A DNA stretch of 41,855 bases from Tolypothrix carrinoi HA7290-LM1 (GCA_019358935.1 JAHHIK010000071.1:1-41855); one strand, 5' to 3'; shown: positions 18,386 through 29,025, counted from the first letter of the stretch. The notes: generated by a model from the sequence alone, not told the origin. Numbers and translations: made by a program.

Positions 18386-18841
18386 CTACAACCCAATAGT
18401 CATGAATACACTGAAAGAGTTATCTTCGTAGTCAGCAAAGGGTTCGCATCGAGTGAAACCAAAACGCTCATAGAGCAACCTTGCAGGTTCAAATGCATCT
18501 CCTGACCCGGTTTCTAGGTTCACGCGTTCGTACCGTCGGCGTTTTGCTTCGTCAAGGATGCGATCTAGCAACTTAGTGGCGACACCCTTCCTCAGGTGTG
18601 CTTTGGCGGTTCTCATTGACTTGATTTCGCCCGATCGCGAATCCAACTCCTTCAACGCCCCACAGCCCATCAATTCGCTAGACTCTCTAACAGTCCAGAA
18701 AGTAACTGACTTCGCCTTAAGTCCGTCCAGATTTAGAGCATGAACGCACCCCAAAGGCGAGTGTTCCCGCATATCCGCCAAGTGTTCGCGTAGTAGGGCG
18801 TGCACGTCCGGGTTCGTAAGGTCTTCGATTTCTATCCGCAT
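18386..18841 (-). CDS. GNAT N-acetyltransferase (YedL/YsnE-like)
   Basis: VHAL, GCGALKEL, GEIKSMRT, RKGVA, LETG, LYERFGF; ATG at 18841. Confidence 0.9.
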   Translation of the reverse strand: MRIEIEDLTNPDVHALLREHLADMREHSPLGCVHALNLDGLKAKSVTFWTVRESSELMGCGALKELDSRSGEIKSMRTAKAHLRKGVATKLLDRILDEAKRRRYERVNLETGSGDAFEPARLLYERFGFTRCEPFADYEDNSFSVFMTIGL

Positions 18842-19073
18842 CTTACCCCTAATAATGATTATCATTACTGTTAAAGTTTGGACTCTTAATTTTTTTGGGT
18901 AATTTATTCTTTGGAAGTCTCTTAAATCCTACATTCATCCGCGAGTCGCACAGAATTTATACGCTCGCAAAACGGTTTATTTTTACCCTGGCATTTCTAA
19001 GCCGTCAGCCTAAGTCTAGAGTATGCCACAATAGCGTCAAACAAGCTCGCGCATACTTTTAGGAGTTTTCATT

Positions 19074-21629
19074 GTGGAGTTCCGATATAACCCAGCAGAA
19101 ATTGAGGAAAAATGGCAAAAAACATGGACTGAATCAGGCTTAGACAAAACACCTACAAACAGCGACAAGCCAAAATTCTACGCTTTATCCATGTTCCCCT
19201 ATCCATCGGGCAGCCTGCACATGGGTCACGTCCGTAATTATACGATTACCGATGTGATTGCCCGCCTCAAACGGATGCAAGGTTATCGGGTACTGCATCC
19301 GATGGGATGGGATGCATTCGGCTTGCCAGCAGAAAACGCCGCCATTGATAGAGGTGTGCCACCGGCAAAGTGGACGTATCAAAATATCGCTCAGATGCGG
19401 CAGCAATTGCAGCGTTTGGGTTTGTCAATCGACTGGGAACGCGAAGTAGCTACATGTTCCCCTGATTATTATAAGTGGACGCAGTGGATTTTCTTGCAAT
19501 TTCTCAAAGCGGGGTTAGCTTACCAAAAAGAAGCTGCTGTTAACTGGGACCCCATAGACCAAACTGTATTGGCAAACGAGCAAGTTGATAGCGAAGGAAA
19601 TTCTTGGCGTAGCGGTGCTAAAGTCGAACGCAAGCTGTTGCGGCAATGGTTTTTGAAGATTACCGACTACGCAGAAGAATTGTTGAATGACTTAGATAAA
19701 TTACCAGGCTGGCCCGATCGCGTCAAGTTGATGCAAGCTAACTGGATTGGTAAATCCACAGGTGCGTACTTAGAATTTCCCATCGTCGGGATGGATGAAA
19801 AAATCGGTGTATACACCACCCGTCCAGATACGATTTATGGCGTTACTTACGTAGTTTTGGCACCGGAACATCCTTTAACAAAACGCGTTACCACACCCGA
19901 ACAGCAAGCAGCGGTAGAAGCTTTTGTCAAAGAAGTTACCAACCAAAGCGAGTTGGTACGCACGGCTGAAGATAAACCGAAGCGAGGTATCCCCACTGGT
20001 GGTAAAGCAATTAACCCGTTTACCAACGAAGAAATTCCGATTTGGATTGCCGATTATGTACTGTATGAGTATGGTACTGGGGCAGTCATGGGTGTACCGG
20101 CACACGATGTCCGGGATTTCAAGTTTGCCAAAGAACAGAATTTACCTATAAAGGTAGTGATTATACCAGAAAATGGCGAACAAGAAACGTCACAAGCATA
20201 TACAGAACCGGGAATTATGATTAATTCTGGTGACTTTGATGGTATGGCATCTGGTGAAGGCAAGAGTGCGATCGTTGAATACGCCGAAAAACAAAATTTT
20301 GGTAAAGCGCGGGTACAATATCGCTTGCGGGATTGGTTGATTTCTCGGCAGCGTTACTGGGGGGCACCGATACCAGTAATTCACTGTCCTAATTGTGGGA
20401 CGGTGCCAGTACCAGATGAAGATTTACCAGTGCAGTTGCCGGAAGATGTAGAATTTAGCGGGCGCGGCGGTTCTCCTTTATCACAGTTGGAATCTTTTGT
20501 CAACGTGCCTTGTCCGAGTTGCGGCACTCCTGCAAAGCGCGAAACTGACACGATGGATACTTTTATTGATTCCTCGTGGTATTTCTTGCGGTATCCTGAT
20601 GCGAAGAATGAACAGCAGGTTTTTGATTCAGCGAAGACGAATGACTGGATGCCAGTAGATCAGTATGTGGGTGGAATTGAACAGGCGATTTTGCATTTGT
20701 TGTATTCGCGGTTCTTTACTAAAGTGTTGCGGGACAGAGGTTTGTTGAATTTTGACGAACCTTTTAAATGCTTGTTGACTCAAGGCATGGTGCAGGGGAT
20801 GACATACAAAAATCCCGTTACAGGGAAGTATATCCCATCGGCACAAGTTGACTCAGCGAACTTGAAAGACCCAGAAACCGGCGAAGCGCTGCAAGTCTTC
20901 TACGAAAAAATGTCTAAGTCGAAATATAACGGGATTCCTCCGGAAGCCGTCATCGGCAAGTACGGTGCAGACACTATGCGAATGTTTATCTTGTTTAAAG
21001 CACCCCCAGAAAAAGATTTGGAATGGGAAGATGCTGATGTTGAAGGTCAATTTCGGTTTTTGAATCGGGTTTGGCGTTTGGTTGTATCTGTTGATAATAG
21101 GGACGCGATAAATCGCGTCACGACGACGGGAGAATTAAGTAAGGCAGAGAAGGAATTGCGACGGGCAATTCATACTGCTATTAAGGAAGTTACGGAAGAT
21201 TTGCAGGGGGATTATCAATTTAATACTGCTATTTCCGAATTGATGAAGTTGAGTAATGCTTTAGCTGATGCTAGCTGTAAAGATTCACCAATTTATGCTG
21301 AAGGTATTCAAACTTTGGTGATGTTGCTGGCACCTTTCGCACCACACATTACTGAAGAATTGTGGTCTTTGTTGGGCAATAGTGATTCAGTTCACACTCA
21401 ATCTTGGCTGAAATTTGACCCTGCTGCTTTGGTAGTTGATGAAATCAATTTGGTGATTCAAATTAATGGCAAAACAAAAGGGGTGATTCAAGTGTCGGCG
21501 CAAGCTGATAAAGCAGCACAGGAGAAGTATGCGCGTGAATCGGAAATTGCCCAGCGTTACATTGAGGGTAAGGAAATTAAAAAGGTGATTGTGGTGCTTG
21601 GGAAGTTGGTAAACTTCGTCATCGGGTAA
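19074..21629 (+). CDS. leuS: Leucine--tRNA ligase
   Basis: [50 protein letters not shown]. Confidence 0.98.
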   Translation: MEFRYNPAEIEEKWQKTWTESGLDKTPTNSDKPKFYALSMFPYPSGSLHMGHVRNYTITDVIARLKRMQGYRVLHPMGWDAFGLPAENAAIDRGVPPAKWTYQNIAQMRQQLQRLGLSIDWEREVATCSPDYYKWTQWIFLQFLKAGLAYQKEAAVNWDPIDQTVLANEQVDSEGNSWRSGAKVERKLLRQWFLKITDYAEELLNDLDKLPGWPDRVKLMQANWIGKSTGAYLEFPIVGMDEKIGVYTTRPDTIYGVTYVVLAPEHPLTKRVTTPEQQAAVEAFVKEVTNQSELVRTAEDKPKRGIPTGGKAINPFTNEEIPIWIADYVLYEYGTGAVMGVPAHDVRDFKFAKEQNLPIKVVIIPENGEQETSQAYTEPGIMINSGDFDGMASGEGKSAIVEYAEKQNFGKARVQYRLRDWLISRQRYWGAPIPVIHCPNCGTVPVPDEDLPVQLPEDVEFSGRGGSPLSQLESFVNVPCPSCGTPAKRETDTMDTFIDSSWYFLRYPDAKNEQQVFDSAKTNDWMPVDQYVGGIEQAILHLLYSRFFTKVLRDRGLLNFDEPFKCLLTQGMVQGMTYKNPVTGKYIPSAQVDSANLKDPETGEALQVFYEKMSKSKYNGIPPEAVIGKYGADTMRMFILFKAPPEKDLEWEDADVEGQFRFLNRVWRLVVSVDNRDAINRVTTTGELSKAEKELRRAIHTAIKEVTEDLQGDYQFNTAISELMKLSNALADASCKDSPIYAEGIQTLVMLLAPFAPHITEELWSLLGNSDSVHTQSWLKFDPAALVVDEINLVIQINGKTKGVIQVSAQADKAAQEKYARESEIAQRYIEGKEIKKVIVVLGKLVNFVIG

Positions 21630-21631
21630 AT

Positions 21632-21706
21632 GACCTAGAAGCCCGGTTCGACCTAGAAGCCCGGTTTTGACCTAGAAGCCCGGTTTCTTTAAGAAACCGG
21701 GCTTCT
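21632..21706. repeat. Three 17-mer direct repeats ending in a 33-nt palindrome (possible leuS terminator)
   Basis: GACCTAGAAGCCCGGTT at 21632, 21650 and 21669; 16-bp inverted repeat 21674-21689 / 21691-21706. Confidence 0.85.
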
Positions 21707-21741
21707 TCTTTAAGCTTTAATTATTTTATACAAACACGAAC

Positions 21742-21774
21742 AAGCGCTTGAGAGTTTTGCTCACTCAAGCGCTT
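21742..21774. terminator. Terminator-like hairpin
   Basis: AAGCGCTTGAG-N11-CTCAAGCGCTT between convergent genes. Confidence 0.55.
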
Positions 21775-22099
21775 TCCCGTATAACTGTATACCAACCCAC
21801 TTGTTTGATGCAACATTTGGAACCAGCAATACCCCCTAACTTAGGAGGATTGCGAAGATAACCTGTAGCAAACATATTATGAAGTGGTATCACTCCTTGC
21901 ACTACTAAGAATATCTCTTCTGCGGTCAAGACGGGATTCTGGTGAGTGACAGTTTCTTAACTGACACTTGTTTATCTCAAATGACTTATCATTTAGGGTG
22001 ATAAACAAGACGAAGCAAAACTGTAGATGATTTCGGGCATAGGTATAAAAAGATAGTAAGTATTTTATTTGATGGTTGGCGATCGCACATCAACAATCA

Positions 22100-22975
22100 T
22101 CAACAACGTGCAGAACGTGGTAGCATGAATTTCTCATTCTCTGCGGCAAAGTTACCGCGAACCATCAGCAAAGAATCTCCATCAAAGATGTGAGATAATG
22201 CTTGCACATTCGCATTGAGGCGATCTGGGCTGAAATAGATCGCAACTTCTTGAATGCGTTGAGGTATTCTTTCAAGAATCTCAGCTAAAGTACAGATTCT
22301 CGTGCCAACCACATCGAAAAGCTGAAGTTGTGTATCTTTTATTTCCATACAAACGATAACATCCAAGTCTGGGGCATAGTATAGGGGGTTTCTTCCCTCA
22401 TTGACGCAGAATACAGCCTTCTCGTTTACTATGCCGACGATGTTAGACACAGGTTCGCGTGTTTCCAACAGTCGGTGTAGCAATTTCACGTCATTAGGAT
22501 CGGAAGTATCAATTAATCGAAAACCTTGACTACCTACTGAGTCAGATTTGGCGATGAAAATGTGTTCTTTAACAACGCGAAAGCCGAAAGGTTGATATAA
22601 CTCTGGTTGTGCTGTTGTGAGGACAAGCGTATCGTAACGACTGTTACAATAATCAAGCACTTCTTTGATAATTTCCCGGTAATAACCGCGCCGGCGATAT
22701 TCTGGATGGGTACATACTGCGTGGATTCCCCCAGCGATGATATTTTGTCCCATCAGTTGCATGGGGATTTCTAGCACTCCGACATGGCTAATTGCAACGT
22801 CATCATGCAAGCGGATGAAGGGAGTAGAAGCAGATTCCCAGGATGCACCAAGCATTCTACCAACTTGCGCTGCGTCGCTAATTTGAATTTCTGGGAAGAC
22901 GATTTCTAATAGGTTGAAAAGGCGATCGCTTAATTTATCTTCAGCAAATGACCTTTGAAAGCGATACTGATTCAT
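22100..22975 (-). CDS. GNAT N-acetyltransferase
   Basis: IHAVCTHPEYRRRG acetyl-CoA motif, LYQPFGF. Confidence 0.88.
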   Translation of the reverse strand: MNQYRFQRSFAEDKLSDRLFNLLEIVFPEIQISDAAQVGRMLGASWESASTPFIRLHDDVAISHVGVLEIPMQLMGQNIIAGGIHAVCTHPEYRRRGYYREIIKEVLDYCNSRYDTLVLTTAQPELYQPFGFRVVKEHIFIAKSDSVGSQGFRLIDTSDPNDVKLLHRLLETREPVSNIVGIVNEKAVFCVNEGRNPLYYAPDLDVIVCMEIKDTQLQLFDVVGTRICTLAEILERIPQRIQEVAIYFSPDRLNANVQALSHIFDGDSLLMVRGNFAAENEKFMLPRSARC

Positions 22976-23041
22976 AAGAAACTTGCCTCATGTACTACAT
23001 ACACTACACAGCAAATTTTGCATATTCCAGGGTGAAAAGCA

Positions 23042-24082
23042 ATGAAAATTTTTGTTCCGGGACGCTTGTGTTTATTCGGTGAACACAGTGATTGGGCTGG
23101 AGGTTATCGCCGTATCAATCCTCAACTGAAAGCGGGCTGTACGCTGCTTGTAGGCACGAATCAGGGAATTTATGCCGAAGTGAAGTCTCACCCAGATTCG
23201 CTAGTGTTACGCACATCTACTGAGAAAACGTTAATGCCGATGTCCAAGCAGGTTTTGTTGACTGAAGCGAAAAACGGCGGTTTTTTCAGTTATGCTGCTG
23301 GGGTTGCCTATCAATTGCTGACACACTTTCATGTGGGTGGATTAGAAATTGATAATTATTTTACAGATTTGCCGATTAAAAAAGGATTATCTTCAAGTGC
23401 GGCAATTTGCGTATTGGTGGCGAGGGCGTTTAATCAAGTGTATAACTTAAAAATGACGCAGCGGGGTGAGATGGAGTTTGCTTATCTGGGGGAAATTACG
23501 ACACCTTCGCGTTGTGGACGGATGGATCAGGCTTGTGCTTATGGCGATCGCCCAATTACGATGATATTTGATGGCACTGATACTGATATCATCGAACTTA
23601 ATACTCTTCAGGATTTATTTTTTGTCATTGTAGACCTCGGTGCGGCTAAAAATACCCAAGAAATTCTCAGCAAGCTGAATGAGTGTTATCCCTTCGCCAC
23701 GACCGAAGTAAGCGCGAATGTGCAAAAATATCTAGGTGAAATTAGTTATAAAATTACCCAAGCGGCAATTGATGCTTTGCAAAAAGGCGATGCTGAAGAA
23801 ATTGGTCTTTTGATGAAACAAGCACAAGCTGAATTTGACAAGTATCTCATACCCGCTTGTCCTCAACAGTTAACTGCTATTGTCTTGCACCAACTTCTTA
23901 ATTATCAAGCAATTCAACCTTACATTTATGGTGGAAAGGGCGTTGGTTCACAAGGCGATGGTACTGCACAATTTATTGTGAAAGACAAGGAAAGTCAACA
24001 AAAAGTTATAGAAATAATTGAGCGTGACTTTCCGCAAATGCAATGTTTGCCACTGACTATTTATGCAAAAAAAGAAAGTTAG
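23042..24082 (+). CDS. GHMP-family (galactokinase-like) sugar kinase
   Basis: PGRLCLFGEHSD, PIKKGLSSSAA, CGRMDQ, KGVGSQGDG. Confidence 0.9.
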   Translation: MKIFVPGRLCLFGEHSDWAGGYRRINPQLKAGCTLLVGTNQGIYAEVKSHPDSLVLRTSTEKTLMPMSKQVLLTEAKNGGFFSYAAGVAYQLLTHFHVGGLEIDNYFTDLPIKKGLSSSAAICVLVARAFNQVYNLKMTQRGEMEFAYLGEITTPSRCGRMDQACAYGDRPITMIFDGTDTDIIELNTLQDLFFVIVDLGAAKNTQEILSKLNECYPFATTEVSANVQKYLGEISYKITQAAIDALQKGDAEEIGLLMKQAQAEFDKYLIPACPQQLTAIVLHQLLNYQAIQPYIYGGKGVGSQGDGTAQFIVKDKESQQKVIEIIERDFPQMQCLPLTIYAKKES

Positions 24083-24950
24083 AAAAGCTGTGATTCCGGC
24101 GGCTGGTTTCGGGACTCGTTTATTTCCAGCTACCAAAGTTGTGAAAAAAGAACTTTTCCCGATTATTGATAAAGATGGTAGGGCAAAGCCTGTAATTTTA
24201 GCGATTATTGAAGAAGCGATTACTGCGGGAATCGAAGAAGTTGCAATTGTGGTGCAACCAGAGGATAAAAAAACTTTTAAAACTTTATTTAAAAGACCAC
24301 CCAAAGCAGAACTTTTTGAAAAGCTTTCACCCCAAAATCAGGAATACAGCAAATATTTGGTAGATTTAGGTGATAGAATTACTATTTTAATCCAAGATAA
24401 ACAAGAAGGATATGGTCATGCAGTATATTCTGCAAAAGATTGGGTTAAAGATGAGCCGTTTCTGTTGATGTTAGGCGACCACATTTATAAATCAAATATT
24501 GACAAATCTTGTGCTAGTCAAGTTTTAGATATTTACGAGCAAGTCAATCATAATGTGGTAGGATTGACGACAATGCCAGCAGAGTTATTGCATAAACTTG
24601 GCTGTGTTACAGGCGTTTGGAAAGAGGATACGATACTTTCGGTTACACAAATATCTGAAAAACCCAGTATTGAGTATGCACGTCAGCATCTGCATGTGGA
24701 AGGGATGGCAGATGATGAGTTTTTATGCATATTTGGGTTGTATGCACTCACACCGACAATTTTTGATTGTTTGGCGGAAGATATTAAGAATAATGTGCGT
24801 TTAAAGGGTGAGTTTCAGTTAACAACTTGTTTGGATAAGTTGCGGGAGAAGGAGAGGATGTCGGGTTATGTTGTTAATGGGAAGTGTTTTGATACTGGAT
24901 TGCCAGATGCTTATTTGCAGACGATGATTAATTTTAGGAGTGAGGGTTAG
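24063..24950 (+). CDS. UTP--glucose-1-phosphate uridylyltransferase-like nucleotidyltransferase
   Basis: KAVIPAAGFGTRLFPATK..KE, GYGHAV, LGDH, EKP, EFQLT, FDTG. Confidence 0.9.
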   Translation: MQKKKVRKAVIPAAGFGTRLFPATKVVKKELFPIIDKDGRAKPVILAIIEEAITAGIEEVAIVVQPEDKKTFKTLFKRPPKAELFEKLSPQNQEYSKYLVDLGDRITILIQDKQEGYGHAVYSAKDWVKDEPFLLMLGDHIYKSNIDKSCASQVLDIYEQVNHNVVGLTTMPAELLHKLGCVTGVWKEDTILSVTQISEKPSIEYARQHLHVEGMADDEFLCIFGLYALTPTIFDCLAEDIKNNVRLKGEFQLTTCLDKLREKERMSGYVVNGKCFDTGLPDAYLQTMINFRSEG

Positions 24951-25006
24951 ATTTGTCTCACGCAAAGGCGCAAAGGCGCAAAGAAAGAGCCAAAATTTAA
25001 TAATTA

Positions 25007-25111
25007 TATAGCAATTCTATGTTATTTTTGAGAAACGAACCTTACTAGGCGCAGAGAACACAGAGGAAGAGGTGCATAGAGAGTTTCACGCTTTTATTTG
25101 CGATTGCTATA
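25007..25111. mobile_element. MITE-like element
   Basis: TATAGCAAT / ATTGCTATA inverted ends around GCGCAGAG-like units. Confidence 0.55.
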
Positions 25112-25906
25112 TTAATTAACTCTCAGGACTACTGCGCGAGTGTCTACGTTTAAAACTTGTACTCTTTTGGGTAAGGTGGTCATGGGGATTTTCCAATGAG
25201 AATGACCGCATATTACTAATAAGTCTCTTGCTGTTGCTAGTTCGGCACGTATGGATTCGTTCCCCATCAATTTCGCTTCTGCATCATTGGGTCCTTCATG
25301 GAGAATTAAAATATTTGGTAATTCTTTGACGATATCTTTGATGGCTTTTCTAAAGTCTTTTTCTAAACGTCGAAAAGGCTTATTGCTTTTGCCAATAATG
25401 CCGGAAATGCCAGCGATGCGAATATCATCTATAGAAATAGTATTGCCATCTAAGTAGTGTATGCCACGCTGGTTTTGAAATTCTATTATGTTTTCTGGGG
25501 TTTTGCCGAAACTGTCGTGATTTCCTCCTACTCCAGCTACCCAACGAAAACGACTGCTGAAAGCTTGCCAAACTTCACGCACATCTCCTACACCACCGCG
25601 CTTGTCTATTTTGGCGTAAAAGTCGCCTGCTAAAATAATTCCTGTTGTTTTTGGCGGTGGAATTTTTCCCTGTTCAGCTAATATTTCTAGTTCTTCAGCG
25701 ACAAGATGACCAAGAAGACGTTGATTATTTGGATCTCTACCTTGTAAATCGCTGGTGGCAATTATTGCTTCTAAACCCGGTGGTAATGAGTCAACTTGTG
25801 CTGGTAAAATGGGCAGAACTTTATCAACCATCCCGGCACCACTGGACGCGGCGGTTATGAATGGTATTTGATGAATAGGATGGTTGGAAATATAGTTGAT
25901 CCGCAT
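25112..25906 (-). CDS. Metallophosphoesterase (calcineurin-like)
   Basis: SDLQG, LAGD, GNHD, LHEGP, CGHSH. Confidence 0.88.
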   Translation of the reverse strand: MRINYISNHPIHQIPFITAASSGAGMVDKVLPILPAQVDSLPPGLEAIIATSDLQGRDPNNQRLLGHLVAEELEILAEQGKIPPPKTTGIILAGDFYAKIDKRGGVGDVREVWQAFSSRFRWVAGVGGNHDSFGKTPENIIEFQNQRGIHYLDGNTISIDDIRIAGISGIIGKSNKPFRRLEKDFRKAIKDIVKELPNILILHEGPNDAEAKLMGNESIRAELATARDLLVICGHSHWKIPMTTLPKRVQVLNVDTRAVVLRVN

Positions 25907-25969
25907 TTTTTTTGATTGATTAAGCTGTCAGCAGTCGAAAGGAAAAATGCTTTTATTCAAAATGAAAAT

Positions 25970-26992
25970 TTATGTGACAGCAGACTCTAACATTTTTATT
26001 GTCCCAGCATTGGCATCTATTTCAACTTGTGTGCCTACTGGCAAGGTAAATTTATCTTTAATATGACCAATCATTGAACCGTACCAAGCAGGAATGCCTA
26101 AAGGAAGTATATGATATTGCAATACTTGCATTAAAGTAAATGAAGGTTCATCTCCTAGAGTACAATTAGTGCATTGCCCAAAGATAAAGCCAGCTATTTG
26201 GTTAAGAATTCCCGCGTTTTTTAACTGTGTTAGCATTCGGTCTACACGATAAACATCCTCGCCTACTTCTTCAACAAATAAAATACTTTTATGAGACGAA
26301 GGTAAATAAGGCGACCCAACCATTGCGGATAGTACTGACAAGTTGCCACCAATTAGTTTACCTCTAGCCTTGCCTGGGGCTATGACCTGCATTTTTCCTT
26401 CTTCAGTATCCAAATTTTTCATTGTCACAGCTTCAGCGTTAAATAGGATGCGCTTGACGTATAAAAGCGCAAACTCGTTCCAGGTAGATGTCGCAACAGG
26501 ACCGTGAAATGTCACAATTTTACTGCGGGCGTTTATTGCTAACAACAGCGATGTAATATCACTGTAACCCATCAAGGTTTTCGGATTGGAGCCGATGCGG
26601 ATGTAGTCAAGTAGAGGTAAAATCCGATTGCAACCCCAGCCACCGCGCATGGCAATAATTGCTTTGACAGATTTATCTGCAAACATGGTGTTGACATCAA
26701 AAGCGCGATCGCTATCTTTTCCTGCCAAATAGCCATAACGATCTAAAATATGCTTTCCTAACTTGACTTTTAACCCTAATTGTGCAGTCAGGGCAAGCTT
26801 CGCTGATTCGACATCTTTAAGCTCAACGATACCCGCAGGGCTAATTAATCCTACCGTATCACCCACTTGCAGGCGGGGTGGTTTGATGATAATGTTTGGC
26901 GCGATCTTACCTTGGGCTATAAGCGGTTGCATCTGGGTAGCTAAGGCAGCTAACCCAAAGGTTGTGATAAATTGGCGGCGATTTCTGCTCAT
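25970..26992 (-). CDS. LD-carboxypeptidase (peptidase S66) with Tat-type signal
   Basis: NRRQFI twin-arginine, RGGWG, GYSDIT, HGP, GGNL, FVEE, IGH; ATG at 26992. Confidence 0.92.
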   Translation of the reverse strand: MSRNRRQFITTFGLAALATQMQPLIAQGKIAPNIIIKPPRLQVGDTVGLISPAGIVELKDVESAKLALTAQLGLKVKLGKHILDRYGYLAGKDSDRAFDVNTMFADKSVKAIIAMRGGWGCNRILPLLDYIRIGSNPKTLMGYSDITSLLLAINARSKIVTFHGPVATSTWNEFALLYVKRILFNAEAVTMKNLDTEEGKMQVIAPGKARGKLIGGNLSVLSAMVGSPYLPSSHKSILFVEEVGEDVYRVDRMLTQLKNAGILNQIAGFIFGQCTNCTLGDEPSFTLMQVLQYHILPLGIPAWYGSMIGHIKDKFTLPVGTQVEIDANAGTIKMLESAVT

Positions 26993-27283
26993 GATGGCAG
27001 TTATAGTAACATTGCCACCAATATTCCCCAAGCGCAAATTAAGAATTACGCTTTGTTCTCTCGAAAGTTATGGCACTTATTAAGGAAAGAACGTTACCAA
27101 TATTTAATAAGATTATTAAAGCATTATGTTCAATTTCTATTTCAAAACTGCATAAGTTGATTTTGGTAATCACTATTAATTGACTTGAAAGCTTTGGAGA
27201 GTGAAAAATTCATTTTTTTCAATTTGTAGAAATTGACCACAAGAGCGATCGCGCAAGTAAATTTTGAATAATTTGAGGTAACT

Positions 27284-27649
27284 GTGGCACGTAAACGCTT
27301 GATAATTGAGATGGCAATGGGGATAGATCAGCATGGACAGGAACCGACGGTTGCAGCGGCAAGAGCTGTCAGAAATGCGATCGCTCACAATGCTTTGCCT
27401 GGTGTTTGGGAAATCGCTGGTTTAAACGATCCAGATGAAATGATTGTGGAAGTACAAGTAGCAGTCCCCTACCCCGAACAAGTGCGAGAAGCAGAAGTAC
27501 TAGCTGTACTGCCCTTTGGTCGCAAAACTCTCACCGTGGAATCTGGGGGTATGGTTGTGCAAGGACGGGCAATTCCCTCACTCAACGATAAAAATGATGA
27601 AATGTTGATCGCTGTTGCAGCTGTGACAGTTTTAATTGAAACCGAGTAG
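27284..27649 (+). CDS. Lin0512-family protein
   Basis: IEMAMGIDQHGQ..T.AA.RAVRNAI, LPFG, GG; GAGG RBS before GTG. Confidence 0.85.
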   Translation: MARKRLIIEMAMGIDQHGQEPTVAAARAVRNAIAHNALPGVWEIAGLNDPDEMIVEVQVAVPYPEQVREAEVLAVLPFGRKTLTVESGGMVVQGRAIPSLNDKNDEMLIAVAAVTVLIETE

Positions 27650-27820
27650 ATGTAAAAAAATTAGGTAGTCACGCACTTTCTTTCATAACGAAAAGTGCAT
27701 AACTTGATTTGGCTGCTACTTATTAAGAACATAGAAGCAATGTTCCAGCTGAACTTTACATAAATACAAAAAAATTGACAAATCACACAATATACTAACG
27801 TCATTACGTTAGCCAGAAAA

Positions 27821-28612
27821 ATGATGAATTTACAAGATAAAAATTGGGAAAAGTTATTTGGATATATCACCCCAGAAGGTGTTTCTTGGCACGGAATATG
27901 GACTATGTATTCCCTAGACAAAGAAGTTATAACAACCTTTAAAGGTATAAGAAAGTTTCAAGCGAATGAAGAGAAAACAGTTATTACCCACACAAATAAA
28001 TACATTTACTCAGATGGAAAAGAACAAGAAATAATCTGGAAAATTGAGAAGCAAATTTATAACCAGCCAGATGGTGTAATTCATCCTGCACTTTTATCTA
28101 TGAGGGCACTGTCTTTTGGTGATGGTGCAAATGCGGTGTTATCAAAACAACTAGAAGTAGAGACAAAATTCGGGGCGGAATTATTTTTCGGATATGAACA
28201 ATGGCGAACTAGTGTGGCTACTATCTATGATGAAAGCGGAGAATTATTGAGAATATCACTAATTTGCGAACATTTAGATAGCTTTCCTACTGTGACGGCA
28301 GAATTAGAAATAGAAAAATTATCTCAAAAGTGGATCGGACAAAAAGAGTCTATAACTGCTGATTTAAAAATATCCGCGCTTCCAGAAACTCAACAGCTTG
28401 TATTAGATCCAACCGAAGGCAAAAATGAGACTTTACTCTTGCCAGATCGTATCGTTGTGAATGTTCCTAAAAAAGTGAGTATTGGTGAAGAATTTGAAAT
28501 AGTAGCGGGAAAATTAGTTGCAGAGAATGAGTATAAACGGCTGACTGTTCAATATAATAATAGTGGAGCATTTACGATGTTGATTTCTGAAGTCTTTAGC
28601 TTGGAAGATTAG
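27821..28612 (+). CDS. DUF3598-like beta-barrel hypothetical protein
   Basis: 263-aa ORF with WHGIWT.YS, AELF, RTSV..IY pattern; family call from recall. Confidence 0.65.
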   Translation: MMNLQDKNWEKLFGYITPEGVSWHGIWTMYSLDKEVITTFKGIRKFQANEEKTVITHTNKYIYSDGKEQEIIWKIEKQIYNQPDGVIHPALLSMRALSFGDGANAVLSKQLEVETKFGAELFFGYEQWRTSVATIYDESGELLRISLICEHLDSFPTVTAELEIEKLSQKWIGQKESITADLKISALPETQQLVLDPTEGKNETLLLPDRIVVNVPKKVSIGEEFEIVAGKLVAENEYKRLTVQYNNSGAFTMLISEVFSLED

Positions 28613-28631
28613 GCGCACTCTTATAATACGG

Positions 28632-28943
28632 ATGTCTGAAAACAAGCTAAAAGTTGCGATTATCGGTGCTGGACTTGGCGGTTTAGCAGTGGCGATCGCA
28701 CTTGATCCAAACATTAATGCTCAAGTATACGATAAAGCGCACCAATTGCGACCAGTTGGTGCGGATTTGTCTCTTTTTCCCAACGGTTTAAATACAATGG
28801 GGGCGATCGCACCCGGTATCGTCGAAACTTTGATCAAAGCAGGTAGCCCAACTCGCATGGTGAACTTGCAAAAAAGCATCGGCGAAATCATCGGCAGTCA
28901 ACCTGAGTTTGAAGATTGGCTTTATAATTACAAATTATTCTAA
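28632..28943 (+). pseudogene. Internally deleted FAD-dependent monooxygenase remnant
   Basis: IIGAGLGGL, VGA.LSL.PNG N-terminus joined to EFEDWLYNYK; only 103 aa and no DG/GD motifs. Confidence 0.7.
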
Positions 28944-29025
28944 CAGCTTTGGGCTAAACTATTAACTATTGAGGTAAGAATCTCTGGCAGTAAGTTTTAT
29001 CAACGACTAATCACCATTACGCAGA

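Noticed and set aside
21632..21706. Mini-CRISPR
   Set aside because: 17-nt repeats separated by only 1-2 nt.
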